Shown here piece by piece: positions 1-9,826 of a stretch of DNA of 64,000 nucleotides. The stretch is from Alphaproteobacteria bacterium (GTDB taxonomy: Bacteria > Pseudomonadota > Alphaproteobacteria > UBA828), in the NCBI GenBank assembly GCA_965221125.1, contig CBDCRW010000004.1, positions 800,001-864,000 of the forward strand, written 5' to 3'. The translations under genes were made by a program, and so were the position numbers. Positions within the stretch are counted from its first letter, which is position 1. Each line of letters starts with the position of its first letter. The notes under the pieces are model-generated. The model ran no database searches and was not told where the DNA came from. It was given only the letters and a program-made list of their open reading frames with translations.

Positions 1-125
1 ATGGTGTTGCAGCCGATCGAGCCGGTGGAGCCCAGGATGGTGACGCGCCTGGGTTCCGCCCCCTCGGCGGCGGCCGGGATGTACGGCTCGGGCGAGACGT
101 CGACGGTCGCGTCCATCGGCGCCAT
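1..125 (-). CDS. dxr: 1-deoxy-D-xylulose-5-phosphate reductoisomerase, N-terminal part (runs off the window start)
   Basis: Not in the ORF track. Manual translation of the minus strand from ATG 125 gives MAPMDATV...RRVTILGSTGSIGCNT, the Dxr NADPH-binding signature. Confidence 0.85.
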   Translation of the reverse strand, partial: MAPMDATVDVSPEPYIPAAAEGAEPRRVTILGSTGSIGCNT

Positions 126-250
126 TCACAATTCCCTTCGTCAGCCGGAGACTTCGCGTCCCATAGCGATTATCTTTCCAGCCCTCTCTCGCCATCGCAA
201 CCGCAAAGGCCGACGCGGCGACCGAGGGACCCGCGCCGCCGGAGGACGAC

Positions 251-583
251 ATGAGCCTGACGAGCAAGACCTGCGTGCCCTGCCGGGGCGGCATTCCGCC
301 GCTCGAAGAGTCGCAAGCGCAAGAGCTTCTGGGCCAGACGCCCGGATGGGAGCTGATCGACGACGCCACAAAGATCCGCCGCACCTTCTCGCTCGGCGAC
401 TTCGCCGAGTCCATGGCGCTGGTGAACAAGGTGGGCGACCTCGCCGAGGAGGAGGGCCACCACCCGGACATCACCTTCGGCTGGGGCTACTGCACGGTCC
501 TCTTCTACACCCACAAGATCAAGGGCCTGCACGAGAACGACTTCATCATGGCGGCCAAGGTCAACGCGCTGGCCGGGGGGTAG
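251..583 (+). CDS. phhB: Pterin-4-alpha-carbinolamine dehydratase
   Basis: CVPCRGG N-terminus, AEEEGHHPDI and HKIKGLHENDFIMAAK motifs; GGAGG RBS. Confidence 0.92.
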   Translation: MSLTSKTCVPCRGGIPPLEESQAQELLGQTPGWELIDDATKIRRTFSLGDFAESMALVNKVGDLAEEEGHHPDITFGWGYCTVLFYTHKIKGLHENDFIMAAKVNALAGG

Positions 584-601
584 GAGAGCCGGCCCCAAGG
601 C

Positions 602-1105
602 TCACGACCCCAGTAGCGCGTCCACCTCCGACATCCGCAGGACGAGCATCAAGGGCTCGCGATCCGAGAACGGACGGAAACCGAACCGTCCGTAAAACGA
701 CTTTGCCCGCTCGTCGATGGACTGCACCACGATGGCGCGGGCGCCGATGACCTCTGCCGCAGCCCGTGCGCGGCGGACGGCGTCGATCAGCAGGTCCGAG
801 CCGAGCCGCCGGCCCTGGTAGGCGCTGTCCACGGCAAGCTGTCCCAACAGGATGACCGGGACCGGCTCGGGCATGTTGCGGCCCACCCGTGACGACAGGC
901 GCTGCCTCTCGATGGCGCTGGCGGCCAGGCTGTAGAAGCCGGCCACGCGCTCGCCGTCGCAGGCGACATAGGTGCGTGCGCCGCCCCTGGCTTCGTTGAG
1001 GCGCGCCTTGCTCTGCAGCCAGGCGTCGAGGCCAGGCACGCCCGACGAGAACTGCGAGACGTCGTGCCGAGGGACGAGCGGCTCCGGTGCCGCTACCGCT
1101 CCCAC
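602..1105 (-). CDS. GNAT acetyltransferase toxin (TacT/AtaT-like)
   Basis: FSSGVPGLDAWL, GFYSLA, PVILLGQLAVDSAYQGRRLGSDLL, FYGRFGF; overlaps the upstream DUF1778 gene. Confidence 0.88.
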   Translation of the reverse strand: MGAVAAPEPLVPRHDVSQFSSGVPGLDAWLQSKARLNEARGGARTYVACDGERVAGFYSLAASAIERQRLSSRVGRNMPEPVPVILLGQLAVDSAYQGRRLGSDLLIDAVRRARAAAEVIGARAIVVQSIDERAKSFYGRFGFRPFSDREPLMLVLRMSEVDALLGS

Positions 1106-1350
1106 TGTGGCCGGCGTGCGAAACGCTCCTTCACGGCAGGATCGATATCGACCGGCGCGTCAAGCGCGGCGGCAAACGCGTCCCAGGCCTCGTCGTCAAG
1201 GGCGATGATCGGACGCTCGTTCAGGGTCTCGATTGCCGCCGCCTCGCTCGACCGCAGCACGAACTCGGTTCGCGTGACGCCCCTGATCGCCGCCGCGCGG
1301 TCGATGAAGGCGAGGCGTTCTTCGGACATGCGAAAGTTAACCTGGGCCAT
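1093..1350 (-). CDS. DUF1778 family RHH antitoxin (TacA/AtaR-like)
   Basis: 85 aa; VNFRMS..IDRAAAIRGVTRTEFV..IALDDEAWDAFAAALDAP; directly upstream of the GNAT gene. Confidence 0.88.
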   Translation of the reverse strand: MAQVNFRMSEERLAFIDRAAAIRGVTRTEFVLRSSEAAAIETLNERPIIALDDEAWDAFAAALDAPVDIDPAVKERFARRPQWER

Positions 1351-1459
1351 AGCGGCGTCCTTCGTGCGGCTTGCAGACTTGGGACTATCGCAGAGGGGCG
1401 TATAGCATGTGTATAGAAAATCGGAAAGGACCCGCCGTCTTGGATGGCGGACCGGCGGC

Positions 1460-4400
1460 CTACGGCGCGGAGCTTCCGGCGAGCGCGCAGAGGTCCCGCA
1501 GGATGCGCTGCACGCCCTCCAGCCGCGCTTCGGTATCGGGCCAGCGGCGCGTGACGATGAGGCGGCTGTCGGGGCGCAGCCGCACCTCGTTCTCCGGTGC
1601 CGACACGTAGCGGACCAGCGCCGCCGGCTCGCCGAAGCCGCCGTCGCGAAAGCTCAGCACCGCGCCTTTGGGCCCGGCCTCCACACGCTCGATGCCGCTG
1701 CTCCGGCAAAGCTGCTTGATCGCCATGATCTCCAGCAGGTGGTGAACGGAGTCCGGTGGCGGGCCGAAGCGGTCGGTCAGCTCGTCGACGAAGGCGTCGA
1801 TTTCGGCCTGATCTTCCAGCGCCGCAACCCGTCGGTAGAGGGTGAGCCGCACGTCCAGGTCGCGCACGTAGCTCTCCGGGATCAGCACGGACGTGCCGAG
1901 GCTGATGGTGGGCGACCAGCGCTCTTCCGGCGGCGCCTCGCCCCCGGCGGCGGCGCGCGCCGTCGCCACGGCCTCCTCCAGCATGTGCTGGTAGAGCTCG
2001 ATGCCCACCTCGCGGATATGGCCCGACTGCTCCGGCCCGAGCAGGTTGCCCGCCCCCCTGATGTCGAGGTCGTGGCTCGCCAGGCTGAAGCCGGCGCCGA
2101 GCCCATCCAGCCGGTGAATGACCTGGAGCCGCTTGTGCGCGGTGTCGGTGAGCCGATGGCCGGGCGGCAGCGTCAGATAGGCGTAGCCGCGCAGCTTCGC
2201 CCGTCCGATTCGCCCGCGCAGCTGATAGAGCTGGGCCAGCCCGAAGCGGTCGGCGCGATGCACGATCATGGTGTTGACCCGCTGAAGGTCGAGCCCCGAT
2301 TCGATGATCGCGGTGGAGACGAGGACGTCGAACTTGCCGTCGTAGAAGTCGCCCATGATCGAATCCAGCGCACGGGCTGCGAGCCGGCCGTGGGCGACGC
2401 CCACCTTCACCTCGGGCACGAGCTGGCGCACGCGCTCGGCCACCTCGTCGAGGTCGGCGATGCGCGGGCACACGTAGAACGTCTGCCCGCCCCGCAGGTG
2501 CTCGCGCATCAATGCCTCGCGCACCACCACCGGGTCGTAGGGCAGGATGAAGGTGCGCACCGCGAGGCGGTCCACCGGCGGGGTCGCGATGACGCTCATG
2601 TCGCGCACGCCGCTCAGCGCCATCTGCAGCGTGCGCGGGATCGGCGTCGCCGTCAGCGTCAGCACGTGGGCTTCGGCCTTGAGCTGCTTCAGGCGCTCCT
2701 TGTGGGCGACCCCAAAATGCTGCTCCTCGTCCACGACGACGAGGCCGAGGTCGTTGAAGGCGATCTGCTTGCCCAGCAGCGCGTGGGTGCCGATGACGAT
2801 GTCGATCTCGCCGCCCGCGATGCCGCGCTTGACTTCCGCCTGCGCCTTGGCCGGTACCAGGCGCGAGAGCTGCGCGATCCGCACGGGCAGGCGGGAGAAG
2901 CGCTCGCCGAAGGTCTGCATGTGCTGCCGGCTGAGCAGAGTGGTGGGGGTCAGCACCGCGACCTGCTTGCCGGCCTGGATCGCGTGGAACGCCGCGCGCA
3001 GCGCCACTTCCGTCTTGCCGAAGCCGACGTCGCCGCAGACCAGCCGATCCATTGCCCGGCCGGCGTCGAGGTCGCCGATCGCCTCGTCGATGGCGCGGGC
3101 CTGGTCCTCGGTCTCGACGTAGGGGAAGCCCGCGCAGAAGGCGTCGTAGAGCGCGCCCGGCGCAGCGAGCTTCGGCGCGGGCCGAGTCGCGCGCTCGGCG
3201 GCGAGCCCGATGAGCTGGTTCGCCATCTCGCGGATGCGCTGCTTGAGGCGTGCCTTGCGCGCCTGCCAGCCGGCACCGCCGAGCCTATCCAGCGCGACGG
3301 GCTGGTCGGCCGAGCCGTAGCGCGACAGCAGCTCGATGTTTTCCACGGGCAGGAACAGCCGGTCGTCGCCGTCGTAGAGAATGCGCAGGCAGTCGTGGGG
3401 GGCGTGGTCTACCTCCAGCGTCACCAGTCCGTCGTAGCGGCCGATGCCGTGGTCGACGTGCACCACCAGGTCGCCGTCCGCGAGCGCCGCCGCGTCGACC
3501 AAGAAATTCTCGGCGGGCTTCCGCCGGCGTCGCTCGGGCCGGCTCGCGCGCGCGCCCAGGATGTCCTGCTCGGCGATCACGGCGAGACCCGCCGAGACGA
3601 ACCCCCGCTCCAGCGGCAGCACGGCGGCTGCGACGATTCCGGGCGGCAGCGCGCAGGCGCCGCGCCAGTCGGCGACCGGCTCGATCCCGTGCACGCCGTG
3701 CTCGCGCAGCAGGCGGACCATGCGGTCGCGGCTGCCGGCGCCTGCGCTCGCGATCAGGACCCTGCGATTGCTCTCCTGCAGCCAGTCGATGTGATCGCTC
3801 ACGGTCTCGAACAGCGCCCCGCCCCGCTGCGCCCGCTCGGCGACGAAGTCGCGACCGTCGCGGGCGCCTGCGTCCGCGCCGCCTTCCGTCTCGACGAAGG
3901 GCGAGCACTGCGCGACCGGGCGGCGTGCGAGCAGCCGCGCCCATTCCTCCGCATCGAGAAAGAGCGACTCCGTCGGGACCGGGTGATAGGGCGCGTCCGC
4001 GACCGATGAGGCTCGCGGGTTCGCGCGCGCATCGTAGAAGTCGGCGATGGTCTCGAAGCGGTCGTCGCGCGCTTCCATCGCGCGATGGTCGAGCAGCACC
4101 GGGCCGTCCGGCGAGTAGTCGAACAGCGTCTCGAGCCCGTCGTGGAAGAGCGGCAGCCAGTGCTCGATGCCGGAATAGCGCCGGCCCGCGGAGACCGCCT
4201 CGTAGAGCGGGTCCTCCCCGGTCACCGCCCCGAACCGCCGGCGATAGGCCGAGCGGAAGCGGGCGATCGACTGCGGGTTGAGCAGCACCTCGCTGACCGG
4301 CGCGAGATACAGCGCATCGGCGGGCTCGGCGCGGCGCTGCGACACGGGGTCGAACCAGCGCATGGTCTCGATCGTGTCGCCGAAGAAGTCGAGCCGCACC

Positions 4401-4957
4401 GGGCGCTCGGCATTGGGCGGGAAGATGTCCACGATGCCGCCGCGCACGGCATAGTCGCCCGCGTCCATCACCGTGCCGGTGCGCACGAACCCGTTGCGTT
4501 CCAGGTAGCCGAGCAGGGTCTCGGTATCGAGGGAGGCACCGGCCGCGAGCGGCAGCGTCGCGTCGGCGAGCATGGTGCGTGGCGGCACACGCTGGAGCGC
4601 GGCGTTGACCGTGGTGAGCACCACCCTGGGCCGCGCCGCACCGTCGCCCAGAAGGCGGACGAGACCGGCGAGCCGCCGGCTCGCGATGTCGGCGCGGGGC
4701 GAGACCCGGTCGTAGGGCAGGCAGTCCCAGGCCGGGATGGTGACCAGGGCGCATCCGGGATCGAAGAAGGCGAGCATCGCGGAGAGCCGTGCGAGCCTCG
4801 CGTCGTCGCGGGCGACGTAGAGGGCTGGTGCCGCGTGTGTCTCTGCCAGCTTGAGCAGCAGCGCCGCCGCAAAACCCTCGGGCACGCCGCCGACGGTGGT
4901 GGCCTTTCCTAGCGCGGTGAGCGCGCGCACGCAGCGATCGGGAACGAGGACGCTCAC
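1460..4957 (-). CDS. mfd: Transcription-repair coupling factor
   Basis: 1165 aa; UvrB-like N-terminus, CarD-like VVHVDHGIGRY, GDVGFGKT, DEEQHFG, QLRGRIGR, TRCF C-terminus. Confidence 0.98.
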   Translation of the reverse strand: MSVLVPDRCVRALTALGKATTVGGVPEGFAAALLLKLAETHAAPALYVARDDARLARLSAMLAFFDPGCALVTIPAWDCLPYDRVSPRADIASRRLAGLVRLLGDGAARPRVVLTTVNAALQRVPPRTMLADATLPLAAGASLDTETLLGYLERNGFVRTGTVMDAGDYAVRGGIVDIFPPNAERPVRLDFFGDTIETMRWFDPVSQRRAEPADALYLAPVSEVLLNPQSIARFRSAYRRRFGAVTGEDPLYEAVSAGRRYSGIEHWLPLFHDGLETLFDYSPDGPVLLDHRAMEARDDRFETIADFYDARANPRASSVADAPYHPVPTESLFLDAEEWARLLARRPVAQCSPFVETEGGADAGARDGRDFVAERAQRGGALFETVSDHIDWLQESNRRVLIASAGAGSRDRMVRLLREHGVHGIEPVADWRGACALPPGIVAAAVLPLERGFVSAGLAVIAEQDILGARASRPERRRRKPAENFLVDAAALADGDLVVHVDHGIGRYDGLVTLEVDHAPHDCLRILYDGDDRLFLPVENIELLSRYGSADQPVALDRLGGAGWQARKARLKQRIREMANQLIGLAAERATRPAPKLAAPGALYDAFCAGFPYVETEDQARAIDEAIGDLDAGRAMDRLVCGDVGFGKTEVALRAAFHAIQAGKQVAVLTPTTLLSRQHMQTFGERFSRLPVRIAQLSRLVPAKAQAEVKRGIAGGEIDIVIGTHALLGKQIAFNDLGLVVVDEEQHFGVAHKERLKQLKAEAHVLTLTATPIPRTLQMALSGVRDMSVIATPPVDRLAVRTFILPYDPVVVREALMREHLRGGQTFYVCPRIADLDEVAERVRQLVPEVKVGVAHGRLAARALDSIMGDFYDGKFDVLVSTAIIESGLDLQRVNTMIVHRADRFGLAQLYQLRGRIGRAKLRGYAYLTLPPGHRLTDTAHKRLQVIHRLDGLGAGFSLASHDLDIRGAGNLLGPEQSGHIREVGIELYQHMLEEAVATARAAAGGEAPPEERWSPTISLGTSVLIPESYVRDLDVRLTLYRRVAALEDQAEIDAFVDELTDRFGPPPDSVHHLLEIMAIKQLCRSSGIERVEAGPKGAVLSFRDGGFGEPAALVRYVSAPENEVRLRPDSRLIVTRRWPDTEARLEGVQRILRDLCALAGSSAP

Positions 4958-5259
4958 GGGCGGGGGTCGCGGCGCCGTGGGTGCCGCTTCAGGGCCTCGC
5001 GCCTGAGGCGCGCCATGAACGGCGTGTCGTGTTCTTCGGGCACCGGCGTTCGCCCGCTGATCCAGTTCGTGATGTCGACGTCGTTCGCGCTCAGCAGTTT
5101 TTCGGCCTGCGTCACTTCCTCCGGTGGGAGCGCGTGGCCGAGCCTGGCGATGACATCGCCGACCAGGAGGTCGGTCTCCTTCGTGCCGGTGCGCGCCGAG
5201 CGGTAGCGCAGCCGCCTGCGCCTGGTTTCGATATCGAGGCCCTGGGTCACGGTCGGCAC
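4954..5259 (-). CDS. sdhE: Succinate dehydrogenase assembly factor 2 (SdhE/Sdh5)
   Basis: RRRLRYRS..GTKETDLL variant of RGxxExD; 4-bp overlap with mfd, the usual alphaproteobacterial arrangement. Confidence 0.85.
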   Translation of the reverse strand: MPTVTQGLDIETRRRRLRYRSARTGTKETDLLVGDVIARLGHALPPEEVTQAEKLLSANDVDITNWISGRTPVPEEHDTPFMARLRREALKRHPRRRDPRP

Positions 5260-5281
5260 GGCCCCGGCGTTGCTGGCGCGC

Positions 5282-6475
5282 TCAGCCGGCGGCGACGGCG
5301 GCGGGGTCCCGGCCGACCAGCCGGCGGTAGATGTCGGGATCGGTGGCGCCTTCGCTGCCGATGACCAGCACGCGCGACGCCTCGCTCAGACCGAGCGCGT
5401 CGCGCGCGTCCGTGTCTCCCGCTGCGGCGATCAGCCCGCCGAGGGCAGCGGCGCCCGACTCACCCAGCACCAGCGCCGGGTCGCCCTCGGCCGGCGCGGC
5501 GGCGCGGCGCATGGCATAGACGGCGCCTGAATCGTCGAGCGCCATGAAGGCGAAGGCGCCACGCTCCAGCACCTGCCATGCCAGCGGCGATACCTCCGCC
5601 GCCGCGAGGCAGGCCATCACCGTGTCGAGATCGCCGGAGGCGGGAGCGGGCCTGCCGGCGAGCGCGCTCTGGTAGAGGCAATCGGCGCTCGTGGGCTCGA
5701 CCACCACGCCCTTCGGGCTGTCAGCGCCGAGGTCCTGACGGAAGGCGCCGATCACCGCGGCGGCGAGCCCGCCGACGCCGGCTTGCACGAAAACATGGGT
5801 CGGGCCCGGTCCCGCCAGCGCCGCCCCGATCTCGTCCACCAGCATGGCGTAGCCGTGCATGACCCGGCTCGGCGCCTCGTCGCCGCCGGCGTGCGAGGTG
5901 TCGGAGACCAGGAGCCAGCCCTTGCGTGCGGCCTCATCGGCGCAGGCTTCCACGGCTTCGTCGTAGCTGCCGGCGATGCGCACGATGTCGGCGCCTTGCG
6001 CTCTGATTGCGCGCTCGCGGCCCGCGCTCACCGGCCCCGGCAGGAACACCGTGCACCTGGCGCCGGCGCGCCGCGCCCCCCAGGCCACGGCGAGCCCGTG
6101 GTTGCCGTCGGTGGCGCAACACACGGTCATGTCGTGGATGCGGGAGGCGGCGCGGCCCGCGGCAACGTCCGCGATGGAGACGTCGTCGCCCAATCGCTCG
6201 CGCAGCAGGTGCACCACGGCATAGGCGCCGCCGAGCGCCTTGAAGCTGCCGAGGCCGAAGCGCCCGCTTTCGTCCTTGAGCCACAGGTCGCCGACGCCGA
6301 GGGCGCGGGCGAGACCCGTCAGCCGATGCAGCGGGGTGGGCCGGTAGCCCTCGAAGCCCGTGATGGCGGCGCGGGCCGCGGCGCGGCGCTCCGGCAGGAT
6401 CACCGGGCCGCCGCTGTCGCTCGCCGCTGCGGGGGCGTAGCGCGCGTTCACGTGGAGGAGGAAGGGGGCAGCCAT
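5282..6475 (-). CDS. dpaL: Diaminopropionate ammonia-lyase (PLP-dependent)
   Basis: KDESGRFGLGSFKALGGAYA, ATDGNHG, QAGVGGLA, GESGAA, SEGATDP motifs. Confidence 0.9.
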   Translation of the reverse strand: MAAPFLLHVNARYAPAAASDSGGPVILPERRAAARAAITGFEGYRPTPLHRLTGLARALGVGDLWLKDESGRFGLGSFKALGGAYAVVHLLRERLGDDVSIADVAAGRAASRIHDMTVCCATDGNHGLAVAWGARRAGARCTVFLPGPVSAGRERAIRAQGADIVRIAGSYDEAVEACADEAARKGWLLVSDTSHAGGDEAPSRVMHGYAMLVDEIGAALAGPGPTHVFVQAGVGGLAAAVIGAFRQDLGADSPKGVVVEPTSADCLYQSALAGRPAPASGDLDTVMACLAAAEVSPLAWQVLERGAFAFMALDDSGAVYAMRRAAAPAEGDPALVLGESGAAALGGLIAAAGDTDARDALGLSEASRVLVIGSEGATDPDIYRRLVGRDPAAVAAG

Positions 6476-6496
6476 GACGGAGCTTGAACGCCGGGC

Positions 6497-7474
6497 TCAG
6501 CGCAGGTCTGCGAGCAGCGGCATGACCTGGTCCGCGAAGCGTTGCAGGTGCGCCGCCTTCTCGCTTTCCGGCGCGAGCACGTTGATCACGAGATGGCGCA
6601 TGCCGGCGGTGTGGAATGCCCGGATCGCCTCCGCCACCGCTTCCGGCTCGCCCAGCGCGCAGTAGCGCTCGGCGGCACGCGAGAAATCCATCGCGTAGCG
6701 GACGCTCAGGAACTCGGCAGCGAAAGCGAGGGCGCTCTCGCGATCCTTGTCGAGCCGCACGAACAGCAGGTGCGACGTGCCGAAGCGGTCCAAAGAGCGT
6801 CCCGATTCGGCTGCTGCGGCTGCAATGGTCTCGAGCGAGCGGCGGTAGCGCTCGGGATCGACGACGTAGGACATCCAGCCGTCGGCGATCCGGCCCGCGC
6901 GGCGAAGCGCGGGGTCGGCGCGGCCACCGCACCAGATCGGCGGGCCGCCAGGCTGTGCCGGCGGCGGAGCGATCGTGACCTCGGGGAAGGGATAGAAGCG
7001 CCCGTCATTGGACGTGGCCTCGCCGGACCACAGCTTGCGGAGCACGCGAATCCCCTCGCTGAGCCGGGCGCCGCGCTCCTCCACCGGCACGCCGCAGAGC
7101 TCGAATTCGAAAGGGAACTCGCCGCCGACGCCGACGCCGAAGATCACGCGGCCGTTGGAGATCGTATCGAGCGTCGCGACCTGCTTCGCCACCGGCGCAG
7201 GATGGCGGAGCGGCAGCAGATAGACGGCCGTGCCGATCCTGAGCCGGTCGCTCAGCGCGGCGGCCTGTGCGAGCTGCACCAGCGGATCGAGGATCGGCCC
7301 CGCGAAGGCCACGTGATCGCCGGACCAGATCGAATCGAAGCCCAGCGAGTCGAGCAGCCGGACCACTTCGGGCAGGTCGCGGCCGGCTGCCGCCCCCTCC
7401 GCATCGTCGTATCCCGTCGGCGCCAGAACGTGCTGGTAGCCGATGCTCAGTCTCGGCTCGAGGGGTAGGTCCAC
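6497..7474 (-). CDS. LLM class flavin-dependent oxidoreductase
   Basis: GFDSIWSGDH, LRHPAPVAKQVATLD, GRVIFGVGVG, PPIWCGG. Confidence 0.9.
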   Translation of the reverse strand: MDLPLEPRLSIGYQHVLAPTGYDDAEGAAAGRDLPEVVRLLDSLGFDSIWSGDHVAFAGPILDPLVQLAQAAALSDRLRIGTAVYLLPLRHPAPVAKQVATLDTISNGRVIFGVGVGGEFPFEFELCGVPVEERGARLSEGIRVLRKLWSGEATSNDGRFYPFPEVTIAPPPAQPGGPPIWCGGRADPALRRAGRIADGWMSYVVDPERYRRSLETIAAAAAESGRSLDRFGTSHLLFVRLDKDRESALAFAAEFLSVRYAMDFSRAAERYCALGEPEAVAEAIRAFHTAGMRHLVINVLAPESEKAAHLQRFADQVMPLLADLR

Positions 7475-7510
7475 GGCCGGCTCCCGCGTCGATGAAAACG
7501 GCGGCGCACT

Positions 7511-7622
7511 CTAGAGCTTTTCCGCCCTAGACGGAAACGCTCCAGCTCTTTGTCGCTCACGGTAGCGGGCCTTCCTGCGATTCCGCGCGCCTTCCGGCGC
7601 GACAGGCCGGATTGGGCGCCGC
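7511..7622 (-). repeat. Palindromic intergenic mosaic repeat (RIME/Bru-RS-like), copy 1, partial
   Basis: Reverse complement reads GTCGCGCCGGAAGGCGCGCGGAATCG...CCGTGAGCGACAAAG..GGAGCGTTTCCG..CGGAAAAGCTCTAG, matching copies at 49397 and 61795. Confidence 0.75.
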
Positions 7623-7631
7623 GGACACGGA

Positions 7632-8933
7632 CTACGTGTCGTTCAGGCCGGCATAAATGGGGAAGCTCCGGCAGAGCGCCCGCACCTCGGCGCAGACGAT
7701 CGCCTCCAGCGCCTCGTCGCGCGCGCCGGACGCCGCCATGGCGTGCAGCACGTCGGCGATCCAACCGCCGATACGGCGGAACTCGGCCTCGCCGAAGCCA
7801 CGCGTGGTCCCTGCCGCCGAGCCGAAGCGCAAGCCGGAGGTTACCGTGGGCGGCTCGGTGTCGCCGGGGACGGCGTTCTTGTTGCAGGTGAGGCCGGCGG
7901 CCTCCAGGCTGTCGGATGCCGCGGCGCCGGTGAGACCGAGAGGGCGCAGGTCGGCCACCAGCAGCGGCGTGTCGGTGCCGCCGGAGACGATGGACACATT
8001 GCGCGCCATCAGCGCCCCGGCGAGCACTCTCGCGTTGGTCAGCACCTGCGCCGCATAGACCTTGAACGAGGGCTTCAGCGCCTCGCCCAGGCAGACCGCC
8101 TTCGCCGCCACGGCGTTGAGGATCACGCTGCCCTGCACGCCGGGGAAGACGGCGCTGTCGAGCTTCCGCGCGAGCGCCGGATCGTCGGTGAGAATGATGC
8201 CGCCCCGTGCGCCGCGCAGGTTCTTGTAGGTGGTTGCCGTCGTGACGTGGGCGTGGGGCAGCGGGCTCGGGTGCACGCCGCCGGCGACGAGCCCGGCGAA
8301 GTGGGCCATGTCGGCGAGCAGCAGGGCATCCACCGAATCGGCGATCGCCCAGAATGCGGCGAAGTCGATGGCGCGCGGGTAGGCCGAGCCGCCGCAGATG
8401 ATGAGCTTGGGCCGGTGTGCGCGCGCGAGGCGCTCGACCTCGTCCATGTCGATGAAGCCGTCGGCGCCGATGCCGTAGCGGACCGGGTTGAACCACTTGC
8501 CGGTGAGATTCGGCGCCGCCCCGTGGCTCAAATGGCCGCCGGCATCCAGCGCCATGCTGAGCACCGTGTCGCCCGGCTTGAGCACCGCGAGGAAGACCGC
8601 CTGGTTGGCCTGGCTGCCGGAATGGGGCTGCACGTTGGCGAAGCCGCAGCCGAAGAGCGCCTTGGCCCGCTCGATGGCGAGGGTCTCGATCCGATCGGCG
8701 AACTCGGCGCCGCCGTAGTAGCGCCCGCCGGGCCGGCCCTCCACGGTCTTGTTGACGATGATGGAGCCGAGCGCCTCCAGGCTCGCCTGGCTGACCAGGT
8801 TCTCCGACGCGATCAGCTCGATCCCGTCCTGCTGGCGCTCCAGTTCGCCCGCAAGCGCCTCGTAGACCTCGGGATCGGTCGCTCTCAGGTTGTCGAGAAA
8901 ATAGCCCGGCTCCAAAGCCCGAGACTCGCTCAT
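7632..8933 (-). CDS. Serine hydroxymethyltransferase family protein, atypical (2-methylserine hydroxymethyltransferase-like)
   Basis: [26 protein letters not shown] and NKN are present. It has NKTVEGRPG (canonical NKYAEGYPG), TTYKNLRG (canonical TTHKTLRG) and FPGVQGS. Confidence 0.88.
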   Translation of the reverse strand: MSESRALEPGYFLDNLRATDPEVYEALAGELERQQDGIELIASENLVSQASLEALGSIIVNKTVEGRPGGRYYGGAEFADRIETLAIERAKALFGCGFANVQPHSGSQANQAVFLAVLKPGDTVLSMALDAGGHLSHGAAPNLTGKWFNPVRYGIGADGFIDMDEVERLARAHRPKLIICGGSAYPRAIDFAAFWAIADSVDALLLADMAHFAGLVAGGVHPSPLPHAHVTTATTYKNLRGARGGIILTDDPALARKLDSAVFPGVQGSVILNAVAAKAVCLGEALKPSFKVYAAQVLTNARVLAGALMARNVSIVSGGTDTPLLVADLRPLGLTGAAASDSLEAAGLTCNKNAVPGDTEPPTVTSGLRFGSAAGTTRGFGEAEFRRIGGWIADVLHAMAASGARDEALEAIVCAEVRALCRSFPIYAGLNDT

Positions 8934-8940
8934 GGGCCGG

Positions 8941-9723
8941 TCACGCGCCCGGCGCGAGCAGGCAATCGTCGGCGAGTGCTGCCACCGGCGTGAAGTCCGT
9001 GTGGTGTTTGTATTCGGGCCGGGCGAACGCGGTCTGGGCGTTGGCGACCGGGTTGAGGATGAGGGAGAAGATGGCGCGATCCCAGGGCGACATGTTGCCC
9101 GGCGAGCCGTGGACCATCAGGTCGCCGAAGATGAGCGCGGTGCCGGGCGGGCCGATCGCTGGCGTGATGCCGCCGTCTGCGATAAGGCCGCCGACCGTCT
9201 CGCGGTCGACCACCCAGAGCGGGTAGCTCGTGCTCGTCACGTCGTGGAACGTGGGCAGCGGCTCGTGCCGGTGGGAGCCGGGGATGAAATAGAGCGGCCC
9301 GTTGTAGTGGCTCACCTCGTCCAGCAGGATGTGCAGGTTGAGCGCCTGCGGCGCCGGCACGCCGTCGTCCCTGTGGTGGGTGGCGAAGTCGTAGTGCCAC
9401 TGCCAGACATCGCCTTCGAACGCGGCCTTCACGTTGACCTTGACCTGCTGGATGTAGAGATCGTCGCCCGCGATCTGCCGCGCCGGCTCGACCAGGCGCG
9501 GGTGGCGCACCAGGCGGTCGAAGAGTTCGCTCCGCTGGTGGAGGCCCATGACGGTGCGGGCCACCGCGCCCGTCTTCTCGCGAATGTTGGCCTCGCACTC
9601 CTCGTCGAAGAGCGGCGCCAGCGCAGCGCGAATCGCCGCCACCTCGTCAGCGGAGAACAGGCCGGGGAGGATCAGAAGGCCGTCTCGGCGGAAGGTCTCA
9701 AGCTGCGCGCCGCTCAGCTTCAA
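8941..9723 (-). CDS. Phytanoyl-CoA dioxygenase family Fe(II)/2OG dioxygenase (EctD-related)
   Basis: WQWHYD (HxD), [24 protein letters not shown] (distal His, 2OG-binding Arg); TTG start. Confidence 0.87.
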   Translation of the reverse strand: MKLSGAQLETFRRDGLLILPGLFSADEVAAIRAALAPLFDEECEANIREKTGAVARTVMGLHQRSELFDRLVRHPRLVEPARQIAGDDLYIQQVKVNVKAAFEGDVWQWHYDFATHHRDDGVPAPQALNLHILLDEVSHYNGPLYFIPGSHRHEPLPTFHDVTSTSYPLWVVDRETVGGLIADGGITPAIGPPGTALIFGDLMVHGSPGNMSPWDRAIFSLILNPVANAQTAFARPEYKHHTDFTPVAALADDCLLAPGA

Positions 9724-9826
9724 CGAACGGGTCTCGCCTGTCGCTCGCGTGTTGCGAAATGCCGGGGCTGCGCCCTCCCGCCACGGGGAGGGAGGGCGCC
9801 CGCCCCTGATGCAGTAACCGGCCGGC

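Noticed and set aside
1-750. 249-aa plus-strand ORF at the window start
   Set aside because: Arg/Gly/Pro-rich with no motif; it overlaps dxr (minus strand), phhB and the GNAT gene.
1409-4009. Long antisense ORFs (also 18801-22601, 36790-39642, 40308-43262, 44131-46164, 58757-61354)
   Set aside because: Shadow frames opposite mfd, oxoprolinase, pnp, infB, nusA and the CoxL-like gene; expected at about 70% GC and without recognisable domains.
8941-9723. Ectoine hydroxylase ectD
   Set aside because: The signature deviates at several positions and no ect genes are nearby.
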